DNA of 41,717 nt from contig CAJFCJ010000063.1 in the NCBI GenBank assembly GCA_904063045.1, forward strand, positions 82,378 through 124,094, given 5' to 3'. Of the stretch, positions 23,928-34,500 are shown piece by piece. The stretch's first letter is position 1. Every line of letters begins with the position of its first letter. The notes beneath the pieces were generated by a model that ran no database searches, was not told the DNA's origin, and saw only the letters and a program-made list of their open reading frames with translations. This DNA is from Dimorphilus gyrociliatus (taxonomy: Eukaryota; Animalia; Annelida). The position numbers and the translations under genes are program-made.

Positions 23928-24134
23928 GGATGAGACAGAAAACATCCACAAATCAGTGCTTTTACCCTAACCCTAACCCAGCTCTTAGCTGTACCTAACC
24001 TTTTCCATTAGCCCTAACCCTCAGAGGAGACCCTCCTAACTACAAATCAGTTGCTGTTTTCTTCTGCCTAACCATTTCTCAATCCAAATTTTTGTCTTGA
24101 AATTTCTCATTTGTGGACATTTTCTGTCAACCCT
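23928..24134. mobile_element. MULE-derived MITE with CCCTAA-rich interior
   Basis: GAGACAGAAAACATCCACAAAT ... ATTTGTGGACATTTTCTGTCAACCC inverted ends. Confidence 0.75.
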
Positions 24135-25277
24135 GTTTATATATTATATTTTTGATTAAATATTGTAGATATGAAGTTGAATATGGACTGAAAGATATGT
24201 ATTTAAAAGGAATAGTATGTTTTAATGTATTCTAAGAGATCCAAGAACTTATTTTTTTCAAAAAAGCTCTGTCTTTATGCTGTCAAATGTCAGTTGAATA
24301 ATATGTGGAATGGCAAAAAAGGGACTGCCATCAATTTTCTGAAATCTTTCCAGTGTACCATCTAAGGGTTAGGGGTAATCAAAACGGTTAGGGAGAGACA
24401 GGAAATAAGTTTCTGATAAAAAAAATATTTTTTTTCAATATATGGATGTTTATGGCCGAGAGTGTAGTTTAACACTACATTATCTTATTGTTCTCTACTT
24501 GAGTAGTGTTATTATTTATGCTCGAGCTCAGTGACTTTTTTTTATTATGAATCTAGAAGAATACTTCATAATAAAACTACTCTATTAAAAACTTAAAGAA
24601 TTCTGTTTCATTAAAACAGCAATGATTGTTAATTAGTTGTTTTATATCATTAATAAAAAAACCTACAATATCTATATATAAAACTTATAAAAATGATATC
24701 AATTTATATATCAGTATACTTTCCTTCTTCCTCTTATGCAATTCCTTATCAGTTTAGGCCTTAGATGTTAACAAGAAGTTCTAATCACCCAGATAAGGAT
24801 TGCTTATAGCAAATAGAGTCAAGGGTCATCATGTTATGCTATAGTGATGTTAACAACTATCAAATTAACACTAAATTTAAGAAGTGATAAGTTTAAATTT
24901 CTCATTGAGAAAATTTTAAGATGATGAATTTAGAACAAAAATTATTGCAGTTACTCTCAGACAATGATAACAACTTTAACCTAAAAAGAATATAGCCCTA
25001 ATGCTTAATGATCTTTTTTGCTATAGATGGATAGATAGACTATTGGAAAGGACAAATTCAATAATGATGAGCCAGGACTTCCTACAATTACAATTTATAA
25101 TTTATATTTAGACTCAAAAATACTTGAATAAGATTTTTATTTACATAGTTCCCAATCAATTAATCAGTTAGCTGATTGAATGTTTACCACTGATACTACT
25201 CAATTCTTTCTTCTGAAAATTACAAAAATGCCTTTTTGTTCTTTTGCTGTTTTTCTTTTTTTCATATTGTAAAGAGA

Positions 25278-26204
25278 TTATAAATATTTCTCCATTTTTA
25301 ACAACAACTGTTATGGCAGAAGAAAAAAAAATGATAAAAGTGGCGTGATTGATAAATTTAGAAAGAAAAGAGTGTTAAAGTCTCTCTCTTGTTTGTTTTT
25401 TTTACCTCATGACCAGCATTTAGACATTTTGGACCACTAATTTCGTATGTTGTAGTATATCCAGCTCTAAGATAAAGATTTATTGCAGGTTTATTATTCG
25501 AGTATACAGTTAAAGCTACTTTCTGTAAAAAAAAAAGATAGTTAAACAATTTTGATTGATTGTTAAAATTATCTTAACCTGTGCACCTCTTTGCTCTGCA
25601 ATATATTCAAAATATTCTAATACATTACGAGCAATCTTCTTCCCTCTTGCCTTCGAATCTACTGATATATATTCTATGTATTTTTCAGGAATTTCTGATC
25701 TAACACTAGTCTTGTCCACTTGCCACAAAGCTATTAAAAATTTCAAAACACCAAAGAAAGGAAAAATTTTAAATACTTCAGAAAGTGGTAGATGTTTTTC
25801 TTTCCTAAAAATAGAAACAATAATAAAAATATTAAATAATTATAACCAAAATGTTACCCTTCAAAATCCTGTATTTTTATAAAACCTTTTACTTCATTGT
25901 CCACTTCGGCTAGTAAAAAATTATCTCTTGTAGTCGTATCGTAATTTAAGGTTTTTATCCAAAAATTTTTCATACATTCTAGATTATTTTTTCCAATAAC
26001 ATAGGTTATTTCACTTTTAAAACCTTCAGTTAGTAAGTGTGCAACTCTGGGTATATCTTCTTCTCCCTTCAACATTCTAAAATTAAAGCCATCTATAACC
26101 GGCATTGTTCTTTTTACAGAACCCTTTTTAGCTAAAAATTCTTTATAGTTTGGCAACGATCCAACTCGTTTGATAGTAAAAAGTCTCTTTGCCAAAGCAT
26201 TCAT
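25278..26204 (-). CDS. GNAT-family N-acetyltransferase, 4 exons, apparently intact
   Basis: YIEYISVDSKARGKKIARNVL (motif A) and VALTVYSNNKPAINLYLRAGY (motif B); the last exon LLLKMEKYL* lies at 25278-25307. Confidence 0.85.
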
Positions 26205-27040
26205 TGTGGAGTATAATTTGAAAATAAGAAATTAATTTAACAAAATTGATATTTTGTTTGAAAATTTATAATTTGAAAAAAAAAACTCTCACTATACACA
26301 ATTTATCATAGACTATTCTTACAAGACTTTATATTGAGATAGTATTATCAAATATCTGAAATCTCTTTTATTATCTAAATATAGAAAAAATTGGGACGGG
26401 GTTAAAATTTTCATGATTATCTTGTCTTATTCTAACCTACAAACCTAAATTACTTTTCACTGATGATAAGTGTAATAGTCCTTTCGAAGTTATCATCTTG
26501 ATTTTATCACAAATTTGAAAAGTATAGTTACATTTAATACAAATTAAATTATTTTCAAATTCATTTTTTCAGGATTTAATCTATTCAAAAATCCATCAAA
26601 TATATGGGAAAAGTATTAGCACAGATTTGTGATGGACTCATCCAAATGGAAATAATTGAGCTGTCTGCGAATCTGATTTTAAGAAATATACCTGATGATA
26701 TTGGTTGGATGAGTTACATATACGACGACAACGCCCTCTGTTGGTTATAAACAGTCAAAAAACAGCAAAACAATATCTTTTGGTTCAATAGAATTATTTA
26801 GTGTGGAAATGTCATTAATTATATATTTTATTGTTATAGAAAATGAAAGATTAATATTTGAAACTAGAAGAGATGATACAATCATTAAACTGGAGTTGTA
26901 TTGTATAGAGAACTTGTAGACTTTCTTCTTCGTTTGTATGTTGAAGGCCGCAAAGTCGGTGTTAACCGTTTTTAAAAGCATTATTTGCGTTATTTACAAC
27001 AAACTAAACATTTATAGTAATTTAAAAACTTTAAATTTTA

Positions 27041-28075
27041 TTAAAGTTTTACATGACAAATTTCAACATCAGCAAAATATTTTTCATCTGTGGCTATTGT
27101 GTAATACAAATTTGTAACTGTATCATTACTTTCATCACAATTAAAAATAAATCTCTGATAATTATTATTGCTAATTGAAGATGTTTTCAGTTGACAAAAT
27201 CCCAGGTGTTTATCATTTAAAAATCCATCATATTTCTATTGAATTTTAATACTATTTCCGGTTGTATTTCTCTAGAATTGTATATTATTCCATTTAAATT
27301 TGAAATTTCCACAACAGCCGGTGGTTTTATCAAAGCAGTACAAGTGGAAATTATTTTGTCCGATAGATGTTGATTTTGTGGTTTTGTACAAGATTCTCCT
27401 TCTTGTAAATAGACAATTCTTCCATCTGTGATTTTTTGACAATAAAAATTAAGAAATAAATTGGAAAATTTCAACAATTTTTTTTTACCTATATCATTAA
27501 TTTTCAGGTGATGATCATGATTAATTTTAGAATTTTTCCAAGATATTTGAGATATATTGCTCACATTGAATTGAGTATAGTAATTTGTGTATTTAGATTG
27601 TACATTAAACCTTTACCAAATTGGATGAGTCCATTTGACATAGTTACCCAAAAATCATTCCATTGTTGACAATTGATATATTGTTGAACCGATGAGTCAT
27701 AGAATTTTTTATTTGGATTTAAGATCTCTATAAAACTTTCTACTGTATTTGATATGAAAATTTTATAAATTGCAATATCGTTATAATAGAATGAAATATA
27801 TATCTCGCTGCAACTGCTCTTCTCTCCGTACAAACTGAAACTGAATGATTTAAAATTGTCGTAAATGTATGATGGAAGATTGTAAACAAATTCTAAAGTG
27901 TTTTGTAAAATATATGTTCTTTTTGGTGAATCTGTGAAAAACAAAAAAATCAATAATTCATTGACAGAATAATCAATATTTTTTTTTTACATACTTTCAA
28001 TAAACACTTGAACTAATGAAAATCCAATTTTCCGACGTCCTGTTACTTCTGTAGTTTCTGTGAATGTGATACATA
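27041..28075 (-). pseudogene. 3' exons of a mosaic extracellular gene (FAMeT-like plus galactose-binding-like domain), truncated at the E2 end
   Basis: QWNDFWVTMSNGLIQFGKG (Methyltransf_FA-type motif); a phase-1 intron at about 27932-27995 splices in frame; frameshifts near 27570 and 27225; ends VEICHVKL*. Confidence 0.6.
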
Positions 28076-30591
28076 GAATACGACAGAAAACGGCCCCAAC
28101 AGAAAACGGACCCAACAGAAAATGGCCTCAACTTGAACAGAAAACGGCCCCAACTTGAACAGAAAACGGCCCCAACTGAGACAGAAAACAGCCACAGGAT
28201 TCTTCAACCTAAAATATATAAAACAAGAAATGAATTAAATTTTGAAAGTGTGTTTATTTGAAGAGTTGAATACATTATGAGACTACAACTTAAAAGATCA
28301 TGCAATTAAACAAGAATTGATTTATTTATTGAGCTACTAAATAAAGTTCAGAACACTTTACTAGAACTTCTGATGAAGTAATCTCATGCTTTTCAAATCT
28401 TTCCCAAATTGAAAATATTTTATTTTGCAGGTTCTTATAAAGCTTTCTTTGGTATCTTAATATCTTCTTTTCTGATAACATTCTTTGATATGCTGCTATA
28501 AGGTCTGCTTCCCTTTTCAATTCATCTATCACAGAATAAAATGAAACATTCACTCCAACATTTCCATTCAACCTATTGTGAAATCCCTCAACATCATTAT
28601 TTGTTCTGATTGCACATTGATAGATAGACCAACATTTTGGTGACCAAACATCATTCAAAATCCAAGTTCTTTCAAAATAATCAATAAAATCAGCAAGTTT
28701 ATCAATTGATTTAAGGTAATCCTTAATTTTAATAAACTCTATTGGAATAATGTGAGATGGAAGGAATGGCAAAGCCATTAGCTGTCTCATTTCAAACCAT
28801 TGTCCATTTTTTTTGTTGAAGTCTGATGAATAACCAAGCTCCTAAAAAAACAAAATTAAAAATGACTCCAGTTTGAGTTTTAGGTTGAATAATACCTGAA
28901 TTTTTCTATAAACTGCTTGATTCTAATGGAATAAGCATCCTGACAGATTTACATTTTCCCAATTATTTAATACAGCTTTCCAAACAGCTTTTTCAAAATC
29001 CATAACTATCTTTTTTGGTTCCTTATATTGTAGCAGTTGATTAATGCCCTGAAAAACAGTGAAATGAATATTAAATGCATTTCAGAGAAAATTTCAAGTT
29101 GAACTACCTTGAATAACAGATTATATGCTTTTTTCTTTTTTGATGACATGAATGCATATAGAAGAGGAACCTGTTTTAATTCACCTTCTGTTTTGAGGAA
29201 TGAGTGAAATGAAAATAACTGTGTAAATGGGTCCTTAACAATCTTGAAAGTTTCATCTAAGTACCAGACTTTTGACACTGCAAGTAAGCTAAGTTGTTTT
29301 GAAGTGGAAAAAATAATCACTCTTTCATTATTTTCAAGGACATCTTTCTTTAAGAAATCATCAGGAATGAAGCAATTATTAATAAGAAAGTTTCTTCCAA
29401 TAGGTTCATTGGGACGATTTTTTCTTCTATGGTAATTTATCATTTCTTTGCAATTTTCAACTTTCACAATATTTCCCATATTTGCAAAAGGAAGCAGAAC
29501 ATTTTCAGCTATTCATTTTCCACTAACATTGGTGTCAGTCTTTCCTTTTTGTTTTGCTGTCACTTTCATTTCAATAATTTGTTCTAAATTTTTTTTGGGG
29601 GGGTGAATATGACATTTAGACCCCAAAGAGAAGTTATTATTTCTTTGAACGACACTGGCAGGACATTTCATTTTCTTGCTTCTAACTCCACATCTCCAAA
29701 TTATGGAAGTCTTGTCTTTTCTTTTGACAACAAATGAGTGACCATTAGATACAAGTAATTCTTTGCCTTTTTGACTTCCTGTAGGGAATATTCTGAATTT
29801 ACCATTGCTGTCATAGTTCACCTCTGGTATACTTTCAAAGGACTCCTCCATATTGACATCATTCTCATTCAAATGTAATGTATTTCCATGCAGAGGGCTG
29901 CTTTCACTAAGATTATCAACAAGCCTGTACTCTGCATCACAATTCAGTGTTTCAATAAGGGTAACCACTTCTTCATGATCAACATCCATTATTATATTTT
30001 GCACATCTATCTCTTCTCTTGAATGATTTAGATCTATATTTTCAGCATTTGAGACTTTATTGGTAGATTTATCTTGTAAAATTTCATCACATTTGCTCAG
30101 AATAATTCTGATTCTTTTTTTATCAACACTTGAACATATAGAACATAATCCATCTACAAAAGAAAGAGCTTAGTTTACATTAAAATCAATTTGGATCTTA
30201 CCTGATAAACAAGCCCAATGGACTTTATGATGACAAAGTGAACAAACACCTTGCTTCAGCTTATTAATCTTTTTCTTACATCCAAAACAATATGGTAGCA
30301 TTGTGGCAAAAATCTCCTTTGAGCTGCTTTAACCTATTGGCAGGAATTTAAAAATAGTGCAAAATATTCAACCTCTTAGGAAAAACTGGTGGACAATTTA
30401 ATATTTTTTCATCCAATATTTACTAACTAATAGAAAAAAATTTTAAATTAACTTATTCTATTCAATTTATGAGTATTGTATATTTCGAAATTTTGTGGCC
30501 GTTTTCTGTTCTGATTGGGGCCGTTTTCTGTTCATTTGTGGCCGTTTTCTTTTGGGTCCGTTTTCTGTTGGGGCCGTTTTCTGTTGATCCC
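28076..30591 (-). mobile_element. Full-length MULE element E2 (2516 bp), near-identical to E1
   Basis: About 20 substitutions versus E1 by eye; differs in the right subterminal array. Confidence 0.95.
28326..30301 (-). pseudogene. MULE transposase of E2, inactivated
   Basis: Same TAG as E1 (28923-28925), an extra TGA at 29513-29515, and LDGT changed to LDET. Confidence 0.9.
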
Positions 30592-30868
30592 ATGTTTTCA
30601 GTAGTGTTCTTGTGACCCAATTACCTTTTTAGAATAAAATTAAATTTCCTTATAGATTCAATAAGATAAAAATGAAAATAGTTACCATCGGAGACAGGCA
30701 TCAATGCAAACATCACCATCACAACTAACAATATATTCTTTGTCTTCAACATAATTGCAGTTTTCCAGATATACAGTTCTCCTTTCAATGAAGGTTATGG
30801 TTTTAATTTCTTATAAGCACTACTCGAATGGTTTATATTGTTGCTAGTGGAAATAGGAAGTTGTAGTT

Positions 30869-30880
30869 TACGCATGCGCA
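30869..30880. promoter_or_regulatory. NRF1/ewg-like motif TACGCATGCGCA upstream of the Roco ATG
   Basis: One mismatch to YGCGCAYGCGCR, about 60 bp 5' of ATG 30939, in CpG-poor DNA. Confidence 0.35.
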
Positions 30881-30938
30881 AACCTATTGTTTTCCTTTAG
30901 AGTTGAAAGATAAAACTGTGTTAAAATTTGTTTTAGTT

Positions 30939-31540
30939 ATGTGCGATAAATTAAGGAAAGATATTCAAGTTGCCTTGAACAATATAATATCATCTCCCAT
31001 TGTGAAAGAAAGATTTTTAGCAAAATTACCATATCAATATGTAAAGGATATTGCAATTTCAGTAAGTTTTCCCTTTTTCGAATAAACTTCTCTTTGAATT
31101 TATATCCCCTTTGTAAATTATAGATTTTAGAAACAACTCACCTTAACAACATCTTTTCAAAAGAAGATTTGAAATTTAAAATTGATGTAAATAATCACAT
31201 TTTTTTAGAAGGGGAAGGGGAAGAAGGTGCAGAAGATATTTATGATTTTCTTCACCTTATCTTTCATCTTCCCTCTAAGCCAAAACTAATTGAAATATTG
31301 AAAAATTTCTGTAGACTTTTGATGAAAAAATTGAATTTTTAGAAAAGATAATCAATGCAGTTGGTCAGTTTTTCTTTTTCTTCAATTATTTAAATATTTT
31401 TAAAGAATAACACAGAAAATTTTCATTTTTTAAAAATAATAAGGTAAAGAATTTCAAGAATCAGATTTTGTTCATGCAAAAGACATTATTTCCGGAATAA
31501 ATACTGAAAGAACTCTAAGGTTTTTGCAAATGTTAACAAA
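30939..31540 (+). other. IFT54/TRAF3IP1 (MIP-T3)-type N-terminal calponin-homology domain (exons 1-4)
   Basis: QVALNNIISSPIVKERFLAKLPYQYVKDI, DEKIEFLEKIINAV and DIISGINTERTLRFLQML align colinearly with the IFT54 N-terminus as recalled ([61 protein letters not shown]). Confidence 0.75.
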
Positions 31541-34500
31541 GATTCAAAGAAAAACAAATACAGAGAGAAAACAATCTTTTGGTAAACAAAATGATGACAA
31601 ATTTAGACTGGTTAACAGATCAATTCTAAAACTCTTTATTGCAGATGAAATGAATACAACATCACCTAAAAGAGGTAAAATCGGCGAAACAATAGACAAT
31701 GAGTGTTTAGTACATAAAAACAGGTTACCTATGAAATTATTATTTTCCCAAAGTAGACAGGTTAATACTGAAATATATTTCTACTGCAATAATTTCAACG
31801 GATCTTCACTTAAACACTTTCTCTTTTTATCTCTTAGAATCCTTTATATAGAATGAATAATGACAACGAAACCGTACAAATGAATACAATAGAACTGGAA
31901 AATGTAGGCTTTATTAATGATTATTTCTTTTGCTTAATCACTCAAGTAAAAGGATTAATTAAGGAATTTAATGAAGTAGTATCTTTATTGAAGTTATAGT
32001 TATTACACTTTTAAATTATATTATCATTTGACAGTTGCCATGGATACCTTATTCAGTTAAATTGAATAAATGTCAGAGTATTACTGATTGGTCAGTATTC
32101 TGGTTGTATAAATTAGATAATAAAAATCTTGTGGATAGATCAAAGATATTGAGAAAGGTATTGAAAAAATTGATAAAATATTTACATTTTAAATAATACA
32201 AGCAAATTACAAAACACTTTTTTTTCATTTATAGATTTTTTGTTTTGATGATTGTATTTCATTGAGCAACTGGACATTTGAAACTTGTGTAAATTATATG
32301 AAACAAATACAAATTGATAGTAATAGTACTTCAACTCTTTGGAATTTTGAAAAAATGCCACCAGGAGAATGTATATCATTAATTTATCAATTATCACAAA
32401 ATGTTTCTGGCAATTTAGGAGCTGTTAATCTCTATTTAAATCCGTCTGTTAATCCAGTTTATGGAGAAGATAATATGATATTTACAGAAAAAAGTTAGGT
32501 TTCCATTATTTTTTTTATACATAAAAATAATTCTCTCTTTCTCCTCCTTCTTCTTCTTCTTCTTCTTTTGAAATTAGTTACGCTCAACACTGATGAAAAT
32601 CATACAGACTTTTTAAATCATAAGAAAGCGCTTATTATTCATTTCCATAGTTTGTATGAACAAAAAGAAAGATCTTATGAAAGAATTTTCCAAAGAATTG
32701 ACTTTAAGTCATTAATAACAAGACAAAAAATTGATTTTTCTACAAATGTTTTCAACTATTGGAAAATGAATGATTGGACTTTTTACGATTGCTATGAGGT
32801 AAAATTTTATAATTGACCTTGACCTATAATGTAAGTAATTGATGGGATTTATCTTATTACAAAATTTTAGGATTATGTACATCTTGTATCTCCAAAGAGA
32901 GCAATTTTTCTCATACCATTTAATTTAAATTATAATGAAGAGAACCTTTCCAAATATTTTCTAGATGTCATTATTCAACTTTTACAAATGGTAACATTCT
33001 GTATTTTGACACAATTTTTTAAAAAATTTCGTTTTTTTGTTTGTTATAGAATCTCAATCCACAAACTCTACCAGTTATTATTTTTATAGGATTCAATACT
33101 AATATAAATGAAATATCAGCTACATATGCCCTTATTTCTATTATTGAATCTTTTATAAAAGACTTTCAGAATACTATAATTGAAAAGTCAAGGTATAGAT
33201 TGTTAAAGTTATTTTAAGTAGAAAAAAACACCAATTTTTATCTTTATAATAAAAGTGGTCCAAAATTTACAAAGTTAAATTTCAATGAACAAAATAACCT
33301 ACACAATTTAATGGCTGTAAACCAGTTGTTAACAGAACTAAAAGCAAATCTTGAAGATGATAATTCTCGTATTGTTTCTTTCCTAAATATTGATTCTAAA
33401 AATAGTAACGAGGTTAAAGTTAAACACTTTCCTTTTTAGTTTATTAATATATTATTAATGGTTTTCCATTTTTTCCCTTTAATTAGAATTCAGTTGAAAA
33501 ATTATTACTTTTGATGTCAGAAGCATTCGAACAGGTTTCAACTAGCAATCAACAATTTAATGTAAGGGTTTTAATTAGAGTGTTTAAATTGTGATTAAAG
33601 TCTCTACAAAGCTATTTTCACTTCTTTATAGTATACAAATGATGTTATTAATGGATTTATTGAAAGAATTGATAATCTATTAGAGAAAAAACAAGAATTT
33701 TTAAGTATAACTCAACTTACAAAAGAATTAAATATTGAAGGTAATTCTGTAGTAATTAGACAAGAAATCATTTATTATTAAAGTCTCCTCTTCACCTTTG
33801 ATTATCACAGATCTAGTTTGTTTGGAAAAAAAGTATCAAGTAAAGAAAATATACCAATTTCCATATCTTAAAATATTGAAATTATGTCATACATTAGTTA
33901 GTGTGTTTTTTTTTTCAATTTCATATTTTCAATACTTTTTACCTTTTTCATTCAAAAAATCCAGGGACTTTTAATACTTTTTAAGAGTTTTGGTAGTGAA
34001 GAATGGTTTATAGCTAATCCGAAATGGTTTGCTAATTTAGTACAAAATTTACATACCGTATCGGAAGATTGCGATTATCGTGTTGAAGATGACCTATTCT
34101 TTCTTCACAAGTCGACAAAAGTTTGCCTAAAAGCTAAATGGTATTTTTCAACAATTCCATCAAAATCAGTAAGTTTTTAAGTACTAAACTCTTGCAACGT
34201 TTTCTTTTTATAAAATAAAAAATAATCAAAATTCAGGATATTTTTGAAATTATTTTTGGGATTGAATTAGCTCTAACATTGCCATCTACTTCTTTATTAC
34301 TTCCCCTTCAATTATCATACTGCGAAAAGGAAATGACCAAGTTAATGGAGGTAGTAGATTTTTTTTAGGCAAAAGGTGATTTTTTTGTCTAAAAAGTGTG
34401 TAAAATTTGTGTTTAACTCTTAAAAGGATAACAATGATATTGCTCAAGTTTCAATGATCTACACATTTAAAACAAAATTAAGCGAATTGGCTCATTGGAG

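Larger units (their letters stand above)
22464..24464 (+). mobile_element. Tc1/mariner-like transposon remnant carrying nested insertions
   Basis: ~55-bp imperfect TIRs starting CACTCTCGGCCA at 22464 and 24464, with TA after the right end. HTH-like MTYKELEADLNIPRSSLQY..RRGRPP at about 22806-22915. Confidence 0.65.

Noticed and set aside
21980-24022. True telomere or chromosome-fusion site
   Set aside because: The TTAGGG motifs are short, degenerate and inside MITEs, not long perfect arrays.
26570-26990. Possible coding exons on either strand (including ORF 26745-26981)
   Set aside because: No consistent spliced frame or recognisable motif; the neighbouring gene already stops at 27041.
31187-31330. 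Apparent frameshift in the Roco 5' region
   Set aside because: Resolved by a GT-AG intron at 31187-31314, which also removes the gap against IFT54.
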